This document shows, in pieces, positions 18,253-26,206 of a stretch of 48,965 nucleotides of DNA. The DNA is taken from IMG/VR virus record IMGVR_UViG_3300016469_000027, positions 1 to 48,965 of that record. One strand, given 5' to 3'. The DNA comes from a virus. Its lineage: Duplodnaviria; Caudoviricetes. Position numbers and translations under genes: made by a program. The stretch's first letter is position 1. Each line of letters starts with the position of its first letter. The notes beneath the pieces were generated by a model. That model had not been told where the DNA came from. It worked only from the letters and a program-made list of their open reading frames with translations, and did no database searches.

Positions 18253-19281
18253 TCAGGCATTGACGACAATGCGATTCTCACGCTGTGCAGCGAAGATATC
18301 GCGTTCAAGACGATCACGCTCCTGTTCACGGCCTTTGTACTTCCCCGACCGGACATCGTTGAAAAATTTCTGAATGTCCTGGGGGGTGTACGTTTTAGCC
18401 TTGTTGGCAGACGCAGATGTTCCGGAGCCTCTCGAACGTCCGGGGGTAACCTGCCTCTCCAACTCAGATGCCGCAGGGGCGCGACCTGGGGATTGAGCAA
18501 CAACGGCTTGTCCAGAAATCTCAAGCCAAGTACGGAAGATACTGGCAACGCGGCGGGCGTCGAGCCCACGCTGAGCGTCGTCAAGGTACGTCTGGCGGCT
18601 AATGCCAGTCAGCGGGTCAGCCTCAAGAAGCCACGACTGGAACTGTTCGTTCGAGTTGATATCCCGGAAGTTCGGGATAGCGGTTCCAAGGTCAGCCCAG
18701 AACTGCTGCTCTGCGCTCATATGCTGCCGATGTGCAATGTTCTGCACTTGCGGCACCACGTGAGTCTGCATCTGCTGAAGGACCTGCTCAAGACGCATGA
18801 GGCGCTGCATGACCGGAGAAGCCTCTTCTCTCGACACTTTGCGCATCATGTCAATCGAGTCTCCGTACTCCTCGACATCCTTATCCGTCACAAGTCTATC
18901 AACTTGTTGTGGCGTGGATGTAGCGGCGGAGGTCGACCGAGCAGACAGCGATGCAAGCAACTGCTCCATCTGCTGAAGACGTTGGGTCATCTCACGGTTA
19001 TGCTGATGCAGCCGTGGGACCTCAGCGTTGTACATGCCCTGAAGCGTTTTGTACTTCTGGGCAAAGTCTTCCGATTGGGTTTCAGCACCCGGTCTATGCT
19101 CACTCGCGGGTGCTGGAGCAGCAACATTCGGATCAGTGTTCTCGTCGGCTGGAGGAGCACTCTCAGACGTGACGGTGCCATCGGCTGCGGGGGCCGCGCC
19201 TGTGTTGTCGTCAGCGTTGAGTTGCTTGTACAACTCCTGAACTGCCTCGGTCTGCTTGCGAATCTGCTCTGGAAGTGCCAT
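18253..19281 (-). CDS. Capsid scaffolding protein
   Basis: 342 aa; acidic disordered N-terminus and coiled coil (YKTLQGMYNAEVPRL). Lies between portal and MCP. Confidence 0.7.
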   Translation of the reverse strand: MALPEQIRKQTEAVQELYKQLNADDNTGAAPAADGTVTSESAPPADENTDPNVAAPAPASEHRPGAETQSEDFAQKYKTLQGMYNAEVPRLHQHNREMTQRLQQMEQLLASLSARSTSAATSTPQQVDRLVTDKDVEEYGDSIDMMRKVSREEASPVMQRLMRLEQVLQQMQTHVVPQVQNIAHRQHMSAEQQFWADLGTAIPNFRDINSNEQFQSWLLEADPLTGISRQTYLDDAQRGLDARRVASIFRTWLEISGQAVVAQSPGRAPAASELERQVTPGRSRGSGTSASANKAKTYTPQDIQKFFNDVRSGKYKGREQERDRLERDIFAAQRENRIVVNA

Positions 19282-19325
19282 GTTGAACGCTCCTGTCGGT
19301 ATGCGTGATGAAGCGGCGAGTTACG

Positions 19326-19541
19326 TCATAACTTTGCCGCGACGGCAGGGGCTTCTTTGGCGAACTCAATGAGTTCGACCACCATCTGGCAGCGCCCCTG
19401 AAAGACTGCCGGATTGTCAACCGCGTATGGAAGTCGCTTGATCTCGTGCGCCAGCACGTTCTCCAGCCACACCAGAAGCTCCGGATGCTGACGAACGGCC
19501 ATTGCTACGCCTTTGGTGACTTGCGGTTCTGGCCGAATCAT
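19326..19541 (-). CDS. Small hypothetical protein after the portal
   Basis: 71 aa, overlaps the portal stop. Confidence 0.7.
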   Translation of the reverse strand: MIRPEPQVTKGVAMAVRQHPELLVWLENVLAHEIKRLPYAVDNPAVFQGRCQMVVELIEFAKEAPAVAAKL

Positions 19542-21601
19542 GCGGCCATCCCACTCACGCGGCTTTGAACCGTGTTGGCTTCCATCCCACCTTTGGGAGA
19601 GCCGTCAGGACGCTCAGGAGTCGCGGCAGGGGCTTGAACCTGCTGTTGAGCAACAGCAGCCATCGCCCGAGCCTGAATGCGATTCTGATAGTCCGACTTC
19701 TCCCGAGATGGAACAACTTCCTCCACGGGCATTTGCAACCCTTTAGCCACCTCACGAAGGATGGTGGCTCGTCCCTCCTTGCCCAGGATCTCAAGATCCA
19801 CGGGGTTGGCGGTTGCATTGAGAAACTCGATACGGCGAATGTTGACGGTCTCCTTGACCGCGAGGTTGATCGCACCCTTGGCAACCACCTCGACATCGCC
19901 CTTGATGGACTCGTCCTCGTCGTAGCGCATGTTGTACACGAACTGACGCATGACGATGGGTTTGACGACATCGCCGTCGATGTGCATGACAACCTGCCGG
20001 ATGCCCTTACCCGCCGCGCCCATCAGCATGGACAGGCCAGACGACGTACGCCCAGCACCCTGGACGTTGAGGTCGCCGTAGACGTAGGCCGGGATACCGG
20101 AGTGGTCGTCAGCCAGACGGCTGAACTTCTCGTACACAGCCATCAACTCGCTGGCACGTGAATCCGGCTGCGTGAACCGGATAGCCGGTGCGCTTGAACC
20201 CACGGGGTCGTTGATGGTCTGCCAGATCTTCCAAGGCGCAAGCTGCGTGATGTCCTCGTTGGGCGGCAGACGCTCGACGTTGACCTCGACCTGCGGCCCG
20301 CTGCTGATCCCCATGTTGTTGACCAGCGCACGAGCAGCGGCGTTGCAGACGTTCTGCAAGTCCTCGATGATCTCGGGAATGCCCTTGCCCCAGAACGCTC
20401 CGGGGCACTTGATGAACGAGGTCTTGGCGTACGGCTTTTCGCCCAGCGGGTCGTAGTTGAGCACCGCCTTGATGACGTAGTTGCCCACCATCCACACGTT
20501 GGCGTCGTACTCACGTGCCGGATCCGGGATGTCCTCCTCGGTGAGACCCCATTCCAGCAGCATCTTGCCACTGACTTTGCCCCAGAACTCCAGGGCATCG
20601 AACTCGGTCGTCGGGCGCATGTAGGCGTAGTACTTGCGCTCTTCCTCGTCCTTCTGGAGTTCCACGTCTTCGTTGATCCATGAGGTGCCGTTTCCGTCCT
20701 CAAGAACCTGTCGGATGGCATCCTCGTCGTAGCCAGGAACCCCAATCAAATCAGCAAGTTCCATCCGCGTCATGCGGTGAAGCTCGAAGATGTAGCCTTC
20801 GTTGAGATTGCTGATCCCCGGTTCGGGGTAGATGTTGAACGGATCCACCCGCTCGAACTCAGGCGCAAGCCGCTCGATGGGTTCGACGTACGTCTTGCCA
20901 TCCGCGCCAGTCTTCCATCCCAAGGCCCGCTGCCTGCGAACCACCGGCCCCTTGATGAAGGCAGTGGGGAAGGTCACGATGTCGGTGATGAAGTCGTTGA
21001 ACGCTTCTTCCCAGCCGCCCTGGGCGAACTGGTCCTGGATCTTGATCTTCATCCGATCAGCGCGGGTCTGTGCCTCACGCAACACGGAGAACCTGTAGTC
21101 CTGCGAGACCATCTCCCTCAACTCGCGCATCTCGTCGATGTTGGGGGCCTTACCAAACTCCTCGACCATCTTGAGCACCCGCTCGGCGAACATCGCCTGC
21201 ACTTCGCGGGACTGCACCGGGGAGAGATCGGGGATGGGCGTGGCGTGGAGATCCCACGGAGGAGAGCCACTATCGAGCAGGATGTCCCGCAGCCAAGACT
21301 CCGCAGCGCGGCACTTGACCTCGGTGATCATCATGTAGATCTCAGAGCCGCCCTGACCCCGGATCTGCTGGAGCTTGTCAGCCTCGTACTCGCCGTTGCG
21401 TTGCCGCATGGCGCGAAGCATCTTGTACTCAATGGGCCGCTTGGCAAGGCGGGCCACATCCCAGCACTCCCGCAGATGTGCCGCCAGCCCGAGGATCACA
21501 GGCTGGTTCTGACGCTCCTGCAACGCACGTTGCGTTGCCTCCTGCTCTTGCTTGGCAAGATCAGCGTTGGAGACGACTCGCAGAAAGGTCAGACCGGCCA
21601 T
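19538..21601 (-). CDS. Portal protein
   Basis: 687 aa; FWGKGIPEIIEDLQ..CNAAARALVNN, GAGRTSSGLSMLM. Lies between terL and the scaffold. Confidence 0.85.
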   Translation of the reverse strand: MAGLTFLRVVSNADLAKQEQEATQRALQERQNQPVILGLAAHLRECWDVARLAKRPIEYKMLRAMRQRNGEYEADKLQQIRGQGGSEIYMMITEVKCRAAESWLRDILLDSGSPPWDLHATPIPDLSPVQSREVQAMFAERVLKMVEEFGKAPNIDEMRELREMVSQDYRFSVLREAQTRADRMKIKIQDQFAQGGWEEAFNDFITDIVTFPTAFIKGPVVRRQRALGWKTGADGKTYVEPIERLAPEFERVDPFNIYPEPGISNLNEGYIFELHRMTRMELADLIGVPGYDEDAIRQVLEDGNGTSWINEDVELQKDEEERKYYAYMRPTTEFDALEFWGKVSGKMLLEWGLTEEDIPDPAREYDANVWMVGNYVIKAVLNYDPLGEKPYAKTSFIKCPGAFWGKGIPEIIEDLQNVCNAAARALVNNMGISSGPQVEVNVERLPPNEDITQLAPWKIWQTINDPVGSSAPAIRFTQPDSRASELMAVYEKFSRLADDHSGIPAYVYGDLNVQGAGRTSSGLSMLMGAAGKGIRQVVMHIDGDVVKPIVMRQFVYNMRYDEDESIKGDVEVVAKGAINLAVKETVNIRRIEFLNATANPVDLEILGKEGRATILREVAKGLQMPVEEVVPSREKSDYQNRIQARAMAAVAQQQVQAPAATPERPDGSPKGGMEANTVQSRVSGMAA

Positions 21602-21602
21602 A

Positions 21603-21905
21603 TCACTTCTTCGGCGGGGGCATCTGCTTGCCCTTGGTCGGAGGGTAGTCCTTGCGGGTTTCCTTCTCGGCCTTCATCTCATACTTGCGCCGCTGTCCAG
21701 GCGGAAGCGCCGAGAGTTGGTCAATGTCGATGGGAGGCGGCCCCATACCGGGGCGGTACTCCTCGATCTCAATCTCGACCTTGGTCGGCGTCTGCGACTT
21801 GGTAACCATGCCGCCCTTCTGATACGAAGGAACTGCTGCGCCACCCATCTTGGGGTTGCTCGACGTTACCCGGAACGGTTTACCTTGTCCGCACTGCATA
21901 GTCAC
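21603..21905 (-). CDS. Hypothetical basic protein
   Basis: ~100 aa, SD GAGGAG; contains YQKGG. Confidence 0.7.
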   Translation of the reverse strand: MTMQCGQGKPFRVTSSNPKMGGAAVPSYQKGGMVTKSQTPTKVEIEIEEYRPGMGPPPIDIDQLSALPPGQRRKYEMKAEKETRKDYPPTKGKQMPPPKK

Positions 21906-21952
21906 TCCTCATCCCGTCAGGGATTTCCCAGCAAGTATACACACGATGGGAC

Positions 21953-21981
21953 AAAAGAAAACCCCCGGATCGCTCCGGGGG
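21953..21981 (-). terminator. Rho-independent terminator after terL
   Basis: Minus strand CCCCCGGA-GCGA-TCCGGGGG-TTTTCTTTT. Confidence 0.85.
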
Positions 21982-22034
21982 CTAACCCACAACTACTGGT
22001 GGGGAGGGGAGGTGACAACTGCGGACGCAGCATA

Positions 22035-23423
22035 TCACGTCCACCCAGCAGCCGCAACGGGTTTGATCTCCCGGCGAATCGAAAGTTTCTGCCCGTCGCC
22101 TGCGTTGCCAATGTGAAGCATCAGGTACTGAAGCGCCTCGGCCACGTGCGAGTGCTTGTTCTTGTCGATGTCCCCATCGCCCTTGGGCTTGTAGCGGTAG
22201 CCCCCCATCATGGCCGCTTTAAGCTGTGTGCAGCGTGGGTCCACCAGGAACGCCGGGTCCCCGTCCACCTGCCGCATGAGGTACTCATCGACGGCGTTGA
22301 TCCGCGCTGACACGTTGTTCGTCTTGGCCGGGATAACTTTGAGGCTCTCCGCCCTGATGATATCCACCGCGCTGCGCTCGTCGGTCTGCGCCCGCTGCAC
22401 CCCCGACGGGTCAACTACAACCAGAACAGGCGCACCGGGGAACCGCTCGTACAGCAGAGGCTTGAGCATGGTGCGGATAAACCGCTGGATGCCCATGTCG
22501 AAACTGACACACTCGTCCAGTATGAGGGCTCTACCCCGTGGGTCCTGCTGCCCCAGCACTGCCGCTGGTGTGAGCCCCAAGTCCATCCCCACGACCACAG
22601 GCCGTACGCCGTTGAGTATGCACCTCAGCCGCTCCGACGCCATGTGGTAGTCAGGTCGGAAGTACTTGTACACCGGCATACCTGCCGATGACAGGCCGTA
22701 CTCGCCATCGATGTAAACCCGGATGTACTCCTCGGAGCGACCCTGCGTGTCGTAGTACCCTTCGGGCAGGTTCTCCACGTTCTCGGCGTACGGCGATCTG
22801 CCGGACGGCTGCTTGAACACCGCCCAACCGTTGTTGTTCGGCGACACACCATCCTTGGCGTCCAGCCCTTCCATCTGGTAGTACCACCACGTGTCCATCG
22901 TCGGCGGGTTGGTATCCCCCCACATGCCATGCCACGTGGGTCCGCCGTCCTTGGCGCTGGGGTACCGTCCGATCCGCTTGCTCATCGCGTCCACGATGTC
23001 GGGGTGGATATCCCTGCACTCGTTGAACCACGCGAATGTCAACTCCAGCGAGTTGAGGTTAGCCACGTCGTCCGCGTCATCCAACGCCCGGAACATGATC
23101 TCGCACTCGACATCCCCCACCTTGAAGAAGTACGTCTTGGTGGTCCGCATGTACTCGCCGCACTGCCCCGGTGGGAACCAGTCCAAGAACGTCTTGATCG
23201 TCGTGTCCTGCAACTGCCGCGCCGTCTCGCGCACGATAGCCGCACGGGTTTTGCGTACGCCATTGGCGTTGGGCTTCTGCATGGACGCCCGTCGCACGAT
23301 CTCGAAGCTGGAGGTCACGCTCTTGCCACTACCCACAGGCCCCATGAGGACGCGCATCTTGGCGTCACTCTGCATGAACTTCTTGCCCGTAGGGGGCGGC
23401 GTGTAGTTGATGTCAAGCGGCAT
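22035..23423 (-). CDS. terL: Terminase large subunit
   Basis: Walker A GPVGSGKS, Walker B-like AWFNE, coupling motif DTNPP, nuclease GMDLG and HSHVAEALQY. Confidence 0.92.
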   Translation of the reverse strand: MPLDINYTPPPTGKKFMQSDAKMRVLMGPVGSGKSVTSSFEIVRRASMQKPNANGVRKTRAAIVRETARQLQDTTIKTFLDWFPPGQCGEYMRTTKTYFFKVGDVECEIMFRALDDADDVANLNSLELTFAWFNECRDIHPDIVDAMSKRIGRYPSAKDGGPTWHGMWGDTNPPTMDTWWYYQMEGLDAKDGVSPNNNGWAVFKQPSGRSPYAENVENLPEGYYDTQGRSEEYIRVYIDGEYGLSSAGMPVYKYFRPDYHMASERLRCILNGVRPVVVGMDLGLTPAAVLGQQDPRGRALILDECVSFDMGIQRFIRTMLKPLLYERFPGAPVLVVVDPSGVQRAQTDERSAVDIIRAESLKVIPAKTNNVSARINAVDEYLMRQVDGDPAFLVDPRCTQLKAAMMGGYRYKPKGDGDIDKNKHSHVAEALQYLMLHIGNAGDGQKLSIRREIKPVAAAGWT

Positions 23424-23625
23424 GAGCTACCTTCGGCAGAACCACCACATACCCCCAGCCCCTCTTCTTGTTGCCCACGATCTTGGTCCGGTAGGTCAAC
23501 CCCGCCCTGGACAACTCGGCTTCCAGCGCCTTGGTCTGAACCGAACTGTTGAGACGGGCAGCGGGCATCCCGTCGTAGGTATCACTGAACTTACTCTGAA
23601 TACTCAAGGGCAGGGCTTGCTGCAT
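23413..23625 (-). CDS. Small hypothetical protein between terS and terL
   Basis: Likely start ATG 23625 (MQQALPL..., 70 aa), overlapping the terS end and terL start. Confidence 0.55.
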   Translation of the reverse strand: MQQALPLSIQSKFSDTYDGMPAARLNSSVQTKALEAELSRAGLTYRTKIVGNKKRGWGYVVVLPKVAHAA

Positions 23626-24082
23626 CCTCAGCCTCAATGGTGGTTGCTTCGATGGTACGTGCGTCCTTGGGGTCGCTCCCAAGGTTGATGGTGATCTTGA
23701 CACCGCCAGCGCTGCCTTCGGCCACGGCGGCCTCCTTGGGCTCCAGTCCAGCCCACTTGACCGTGCTCTTGATCAGGTCGGCCTTCACAGCAGGAGATAC
23801 TGCTGGATCATGGATGAGGAGCCACGAGGTGGTGAGCAACTCTTCTGCCTGGGCACGGGCTTTGAGTTTGAACGTCAGCCCCTTGTCGCGCACCTCGTTG
23901 CGATAGTGCTCGACCTTCTTCAGGAATACCGGATCGGCCTTGAACGTGAGTATGTCGTTGGCCGTGATGTTGTGGCGGCTGATGATTTCTTGAAGCGTCT
24001 CGCCACTGCCCTCCAGGGTAAGGGCCACATCGAATGCCAACCGGTCGTTCCACTTGGTCGGATTCAGGGGGGTATTGTCCAT
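23591..24082 (-). CDS. terS: Putative terminase small subunit
   Basis: 163 aa, first gene of the virion arm. HTH-like N-terminus, helical core, C-terminal beta strand GVKITINLG. Confidence 0.65.
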   Translation of the reverse strand: MDNTPLNPTKWNDRLAFDVALTLEGSGETLQEIISRHNITANDILTFKADPVFLKKVEHYRNEVRDKGLTFKLKARAQAEELLTTSWLLIHDPAVSPAVKADLIKSTVKWAGLEPKEAAVAEGSAGGVKITINLGSDPKDARTIEATTIEAEDAASPALEYSE

Positions 24083-24088
24083 GCGATG

Positions 24089-24116
24089 AGTGTATCGCGG
24101 ACGACGGGGGTGTCAA
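24089..24116 (-). promoter_or_regulatory. Sigma70-like promoter for the virion arm (probably leaderless terS mRNA)
   Basis: Minus strand TTGACA-N16-TACACT-N6-ATG(24082). No SD. Confidence 0.65.
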
Positions 24117-24377
24117 GCGGCGACCAGGATACCCCAATCCTACGCACTGGCCGCGCCCGGATAGTGGGCCGCTGATCGCGCTTTACCGCTTGACTATTGG
24201 GAGTTTAGCAGGGGCTAACTTTACACGTTGGTTTTTGGAGGCTTTGATGTGAGGGGTTCCCTACAAATGGGGGGGCGTGTGCTTTTGCCAGTCCATGTGC
24301 CCCCCCGTCGTGCCCTCGCGGTCGCTCGGCTGGCTGCGTCGACCAGGGCGTCGACCAGGGCGGCGCTCCCTGGGAAC

Positions 24378-24406
24378 TTGACACTTCGGTCAGGTTCGGC
24401 CAGTCT
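24378..24406 (+). promoter_or_regulatory. Sigma70-like early promoter
   Basis: TTGACA-N17-CAGTCT. Shares CTTGACACTTCG with the promoter at 25582. Confidence 0.55.
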
Positions 24407-24498
24407 GAATTTGTCGACGGCGAGTGCCGAAGACGGTGCGGGTGGCTCACCACCCAGTCACCCGCTCTTTCAAAACCTGGGTGGATGTGGAGGCCATA

Positions 24499-24771
24499 AT
24501 GGCTGACAAAGCATCCTGGGTCAAGGTTGACCCGTCGTCCCTCCCTGAGGGCCTGCGTTCCAAGTGGACCGCTCTGGCGAAAGCCAGCGCAGCCCAGAAG
24601 GCGGCGCGGGAAGAGTTCGAAGCGGCATTCGTGTCTGCCTCGAACAAGGCGAAGAAGATCGAAGCTGGCAAGACGCTGGCCTTCGGCTACCGCTTCGGCG
24701 GTCTCGCTGTCGCAGTGGTGGACAAGGAGTCGACCGACACCCCGACCAAGGGCGCAAGCTCCTGGTTCTGA
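24499..24771 (+). CDS. Early hypothetical protein (90 aa)
   Basis: SD GGAGG at 24489, ATG 24499 (MADKASWVKVD...). Followed by a terminator. Confidence 0.8.
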   Translation: MADKASWVKVDPSSLPEGLRSKWTALAKASAAQKAAREEFEAAFVSASNKAKKIEAGKTLAFGYRFGGLAVAVVDKESTDTPTKGASSWF

Positions 24772-24787
24772 CCTAGAGTGAGCGGAT

Positions 24788-24820
24788 CCCGCTGGCCGGT
24801 AAAGCCAGCGGGCTTCTTTT
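24788..24820 (+). terminator. Rho-independent terminator
   Basis: CCCGCTGGC-N7-GCCAGCGGG-CTTCTTTT. Confidence 0.8.
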
Positions 24821-24833
24821 ACATGGAGTTTAC

Positions 24834-24920
24834 ATGAACCCAATGCGAGTGTTCCTGCTGGCGCTGATCGTAGCGCCGATCCTGTACGGTATCCTCTGGC
24901 TGCTCATGGCAGCCTTCTGA
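24834..24920 (+). CDS. 28-aa single-pass membrane peptide
   Basis: MNPMRVFLLALIVAPILYGILWLLMAAF. SD GGAG at 24825; exactly fills the space between two terminators. Confidence 0.6.
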   Translation: MNPMRVFLLALIVAPILYGILWLLMAAF

Positions 24921-24924
24921 CCAC

Positions 24925-24951
24925 AGCCCGCTTCGGCGGGCTTTTTCTTTT
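24925..24951 (+). terminator. Rho-independent terminator
   Basis: AGCCCGC-TTCG-GCGGGCT-TTTTCTTTT. Confidence 0.9.
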
Positions 24952-25266
24952 GCCAAGTTTGTAACCTTACAGTGGGAGGCTTGCTGTTGTAAAGTAAAAT
25001 ACCCCATACGTCGGGGGTTTATAGCTCAGCGCGTAAAGCGCGCGACAAGGGGGTCTTAGCATGTAAAGCGGTGAAGTGTAAGGTTTGGTGTAAAAGTGTA
25101 AGACTTGACACTTTTTGTGTATAGTTACGCACAATTTTACAGGGTTTACCCTGTAAATAATCTACGGCGCAGCAAAAATCTAAATTTTACATGGACATGG
25201 GGAACCTAACTTTACATCGTGAAACCTTACAGGGTTTACACTGTCAAGTTTCAAAAAGTCCAATGA

Positions 25267-25279
25267 AATCAACCACTTG
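25267..25279 (+). promoter_or_regulatory. IHF-consensus site 1
   Basis: AATCAACCACTTG matches WATCAANNNNTTR. Confidence 0.5.
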
Positions 25280-25471
25280 CGAGGGGGGAGACCATGATCC
25301 TTAAGAAGGAACGATATAGATGATATAGATAATCACTGAAAAACTCATATAGGTTCACATCAACGGAGATGATTCGTTTCACATTGTGAAAGACATAGGC
25401 CCCAACTTTTTAGCGCCACATTATTCCCAAAAACGTAGATCATCTAGATTGTGCACTGCAACATCGTTTAA

Positions 25472-25484
25472 AATCAACAACTTG
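25472..25484 (+). promoter_or_regulatory. IHF-consensus site 2
   Basis: AATCAACAACTTG matches WATCAANNNNTTR; 14/15 identical to site 1 over AAATCAAC.ACTTGC. Confidence 0.5.
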
Positions 25485-25581
25485 CACGATCTATTTCACA
25501 ATCTACTTTAAGATCTCCGCCCTACCCCCCACCCCAAAATTTAGATTATTTACAGGGTTTACCCTGTAAGAGCCCGCCGAC

Positions 25582-25610
25582 TTGACACTTCGCCGACCCC
25601 CGCCGAGCAT
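25582..25610 (+). promoter_or_regulatory. Sigma70-like early promoter for the right arm
   Basis: TTGACA-N17-GAGCAT upstream of the first early gene. TGTAAAGT...ACTTTTACA operator-like dyad downstream (~25634-25655). Confidence 0.5.
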
Positions 25611-25686
25611 GGACCCCGGACCCCAGCGTCCCGTGTAAAGTGTATTACTTTACATGTAATGTGTAACCTTTTGACAGGAGCCTATC

Positions 25687-25896
25687 ATGGCAATGAACGT
25701 CACCGTCCTCCCTTACATCGCTCCCCGTAAGCCACGAGTCCAAGAGACCAAGCGCATCTGTGTCAAGTGGGGTGAGCCCAACCTCGATGGCATACCCACT
25801 GTCTACTTCCGTTGGTTCGCAAGAGACACAGCCGCTGTCAACTTCCTCAACGACCTTGTGGACCGTGGCATCAGTGGCCGTGTCGTGATGAAGTAA
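25687..25896 (+). CDS. Early hypothetical protein
   Basis: 69 aa, SD AGGAG. Confidence 0.75.
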   Translation: MAMNVTVLPYIAPRKPRVQETKRICVKWGEPNLDGIPTVYFRWFARDTAAVNFLNDLVDRGISGRVVMK

Positions 25897-25906
25897 GGAG
25901 AGCACA

Positions 25907-26158
25907 ATGGCTGAGCAACGTACCGTCAACATCCGCATGGATGCTGTCCAACAGCAGACCATGCAACACAGCACCAACCATGATGAGTGGTTCCGTGCCA
26001 TCGGCAGACTGTCGGTGTGGAACATGACGTTCCCAACTGTCAACATCTATCCCGATGGCGAGACCGACATGGTTGCGGTTTACCTCAACGAGCAAGGTGA
26101 GCGTGGCTATGTCATCGGTGCCGTATGGCACGACGACCACTACGGCTTCCATAGCTGA
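25907..26158 (+). CDS. Early hypothetical protein
   Basis: 83 aa, SD AAGGAG. Confidence 0.75.
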   Translation: MAEQRTVNIRMDAVQQQTMQHSTNHDEWFRAIGRLSVWNMTFPTVNIYPDGETDMVAVYLNEQGERGYVIGAVWHDDHYGFHS

Positions 26159-26163
26159 CCCCT

Positions 26164-26181
26164 GGGGCACTACGGTGCCCC
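26164..26181 (+). other. UNCG-loop hairpin without U tract
   Basis: GGGGCAC-TACG-GTGCCCC, intergenic. Confidence 0.5.
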
Positions 26182-26206
26182 TCCTTCCCCAACCATCGGA
26201 GCCATC

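Larger units (their letters stand above)
25136..25569. repeat. 28-bp inverted repeats bounding ~430 bp, each containing a palindrome
   Basis: 25137-25164 TTACAGGGTTTACCCTGTAAATAATCTA versus reverse complement of 25542-25569 TTACAGGGTAAACCCTGTAAATAATCTA (26/28). Degenerate third copy at 25227-25247. Confidence 0.85.
24952..25680. other. AT-rich non-coding control region (candidate origin / operator array)
   Basis: No ORF. Dense TGTAA(A)/(T)TTACA motifs, three TTACAGGGTTTAC palindromic units, and two WATCAANNNNTTR sites. Confidence 0.6.

Noticed and set aside
17049-18263. 404-aa plus-strand ORF
   Set aside because: Antisense shadow of the MCP gene, expected from GC-rich codon bias. The same applies to 18493..19308, 20777..21805, 29472..30422 and 46331..47488.
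21934-21962. Late promoter upstream of the portal operon (TATACT on the minus strand)
   Set aside because: Good -10 but no recognisable -35 or correctly spaced extended -10; unsupported.
25136-25569. MITE / IS element
   Set aside because: No transposase in the window and no evident target-site duplication. The repeats are self-palindromic and recur internally, more like binding sites.
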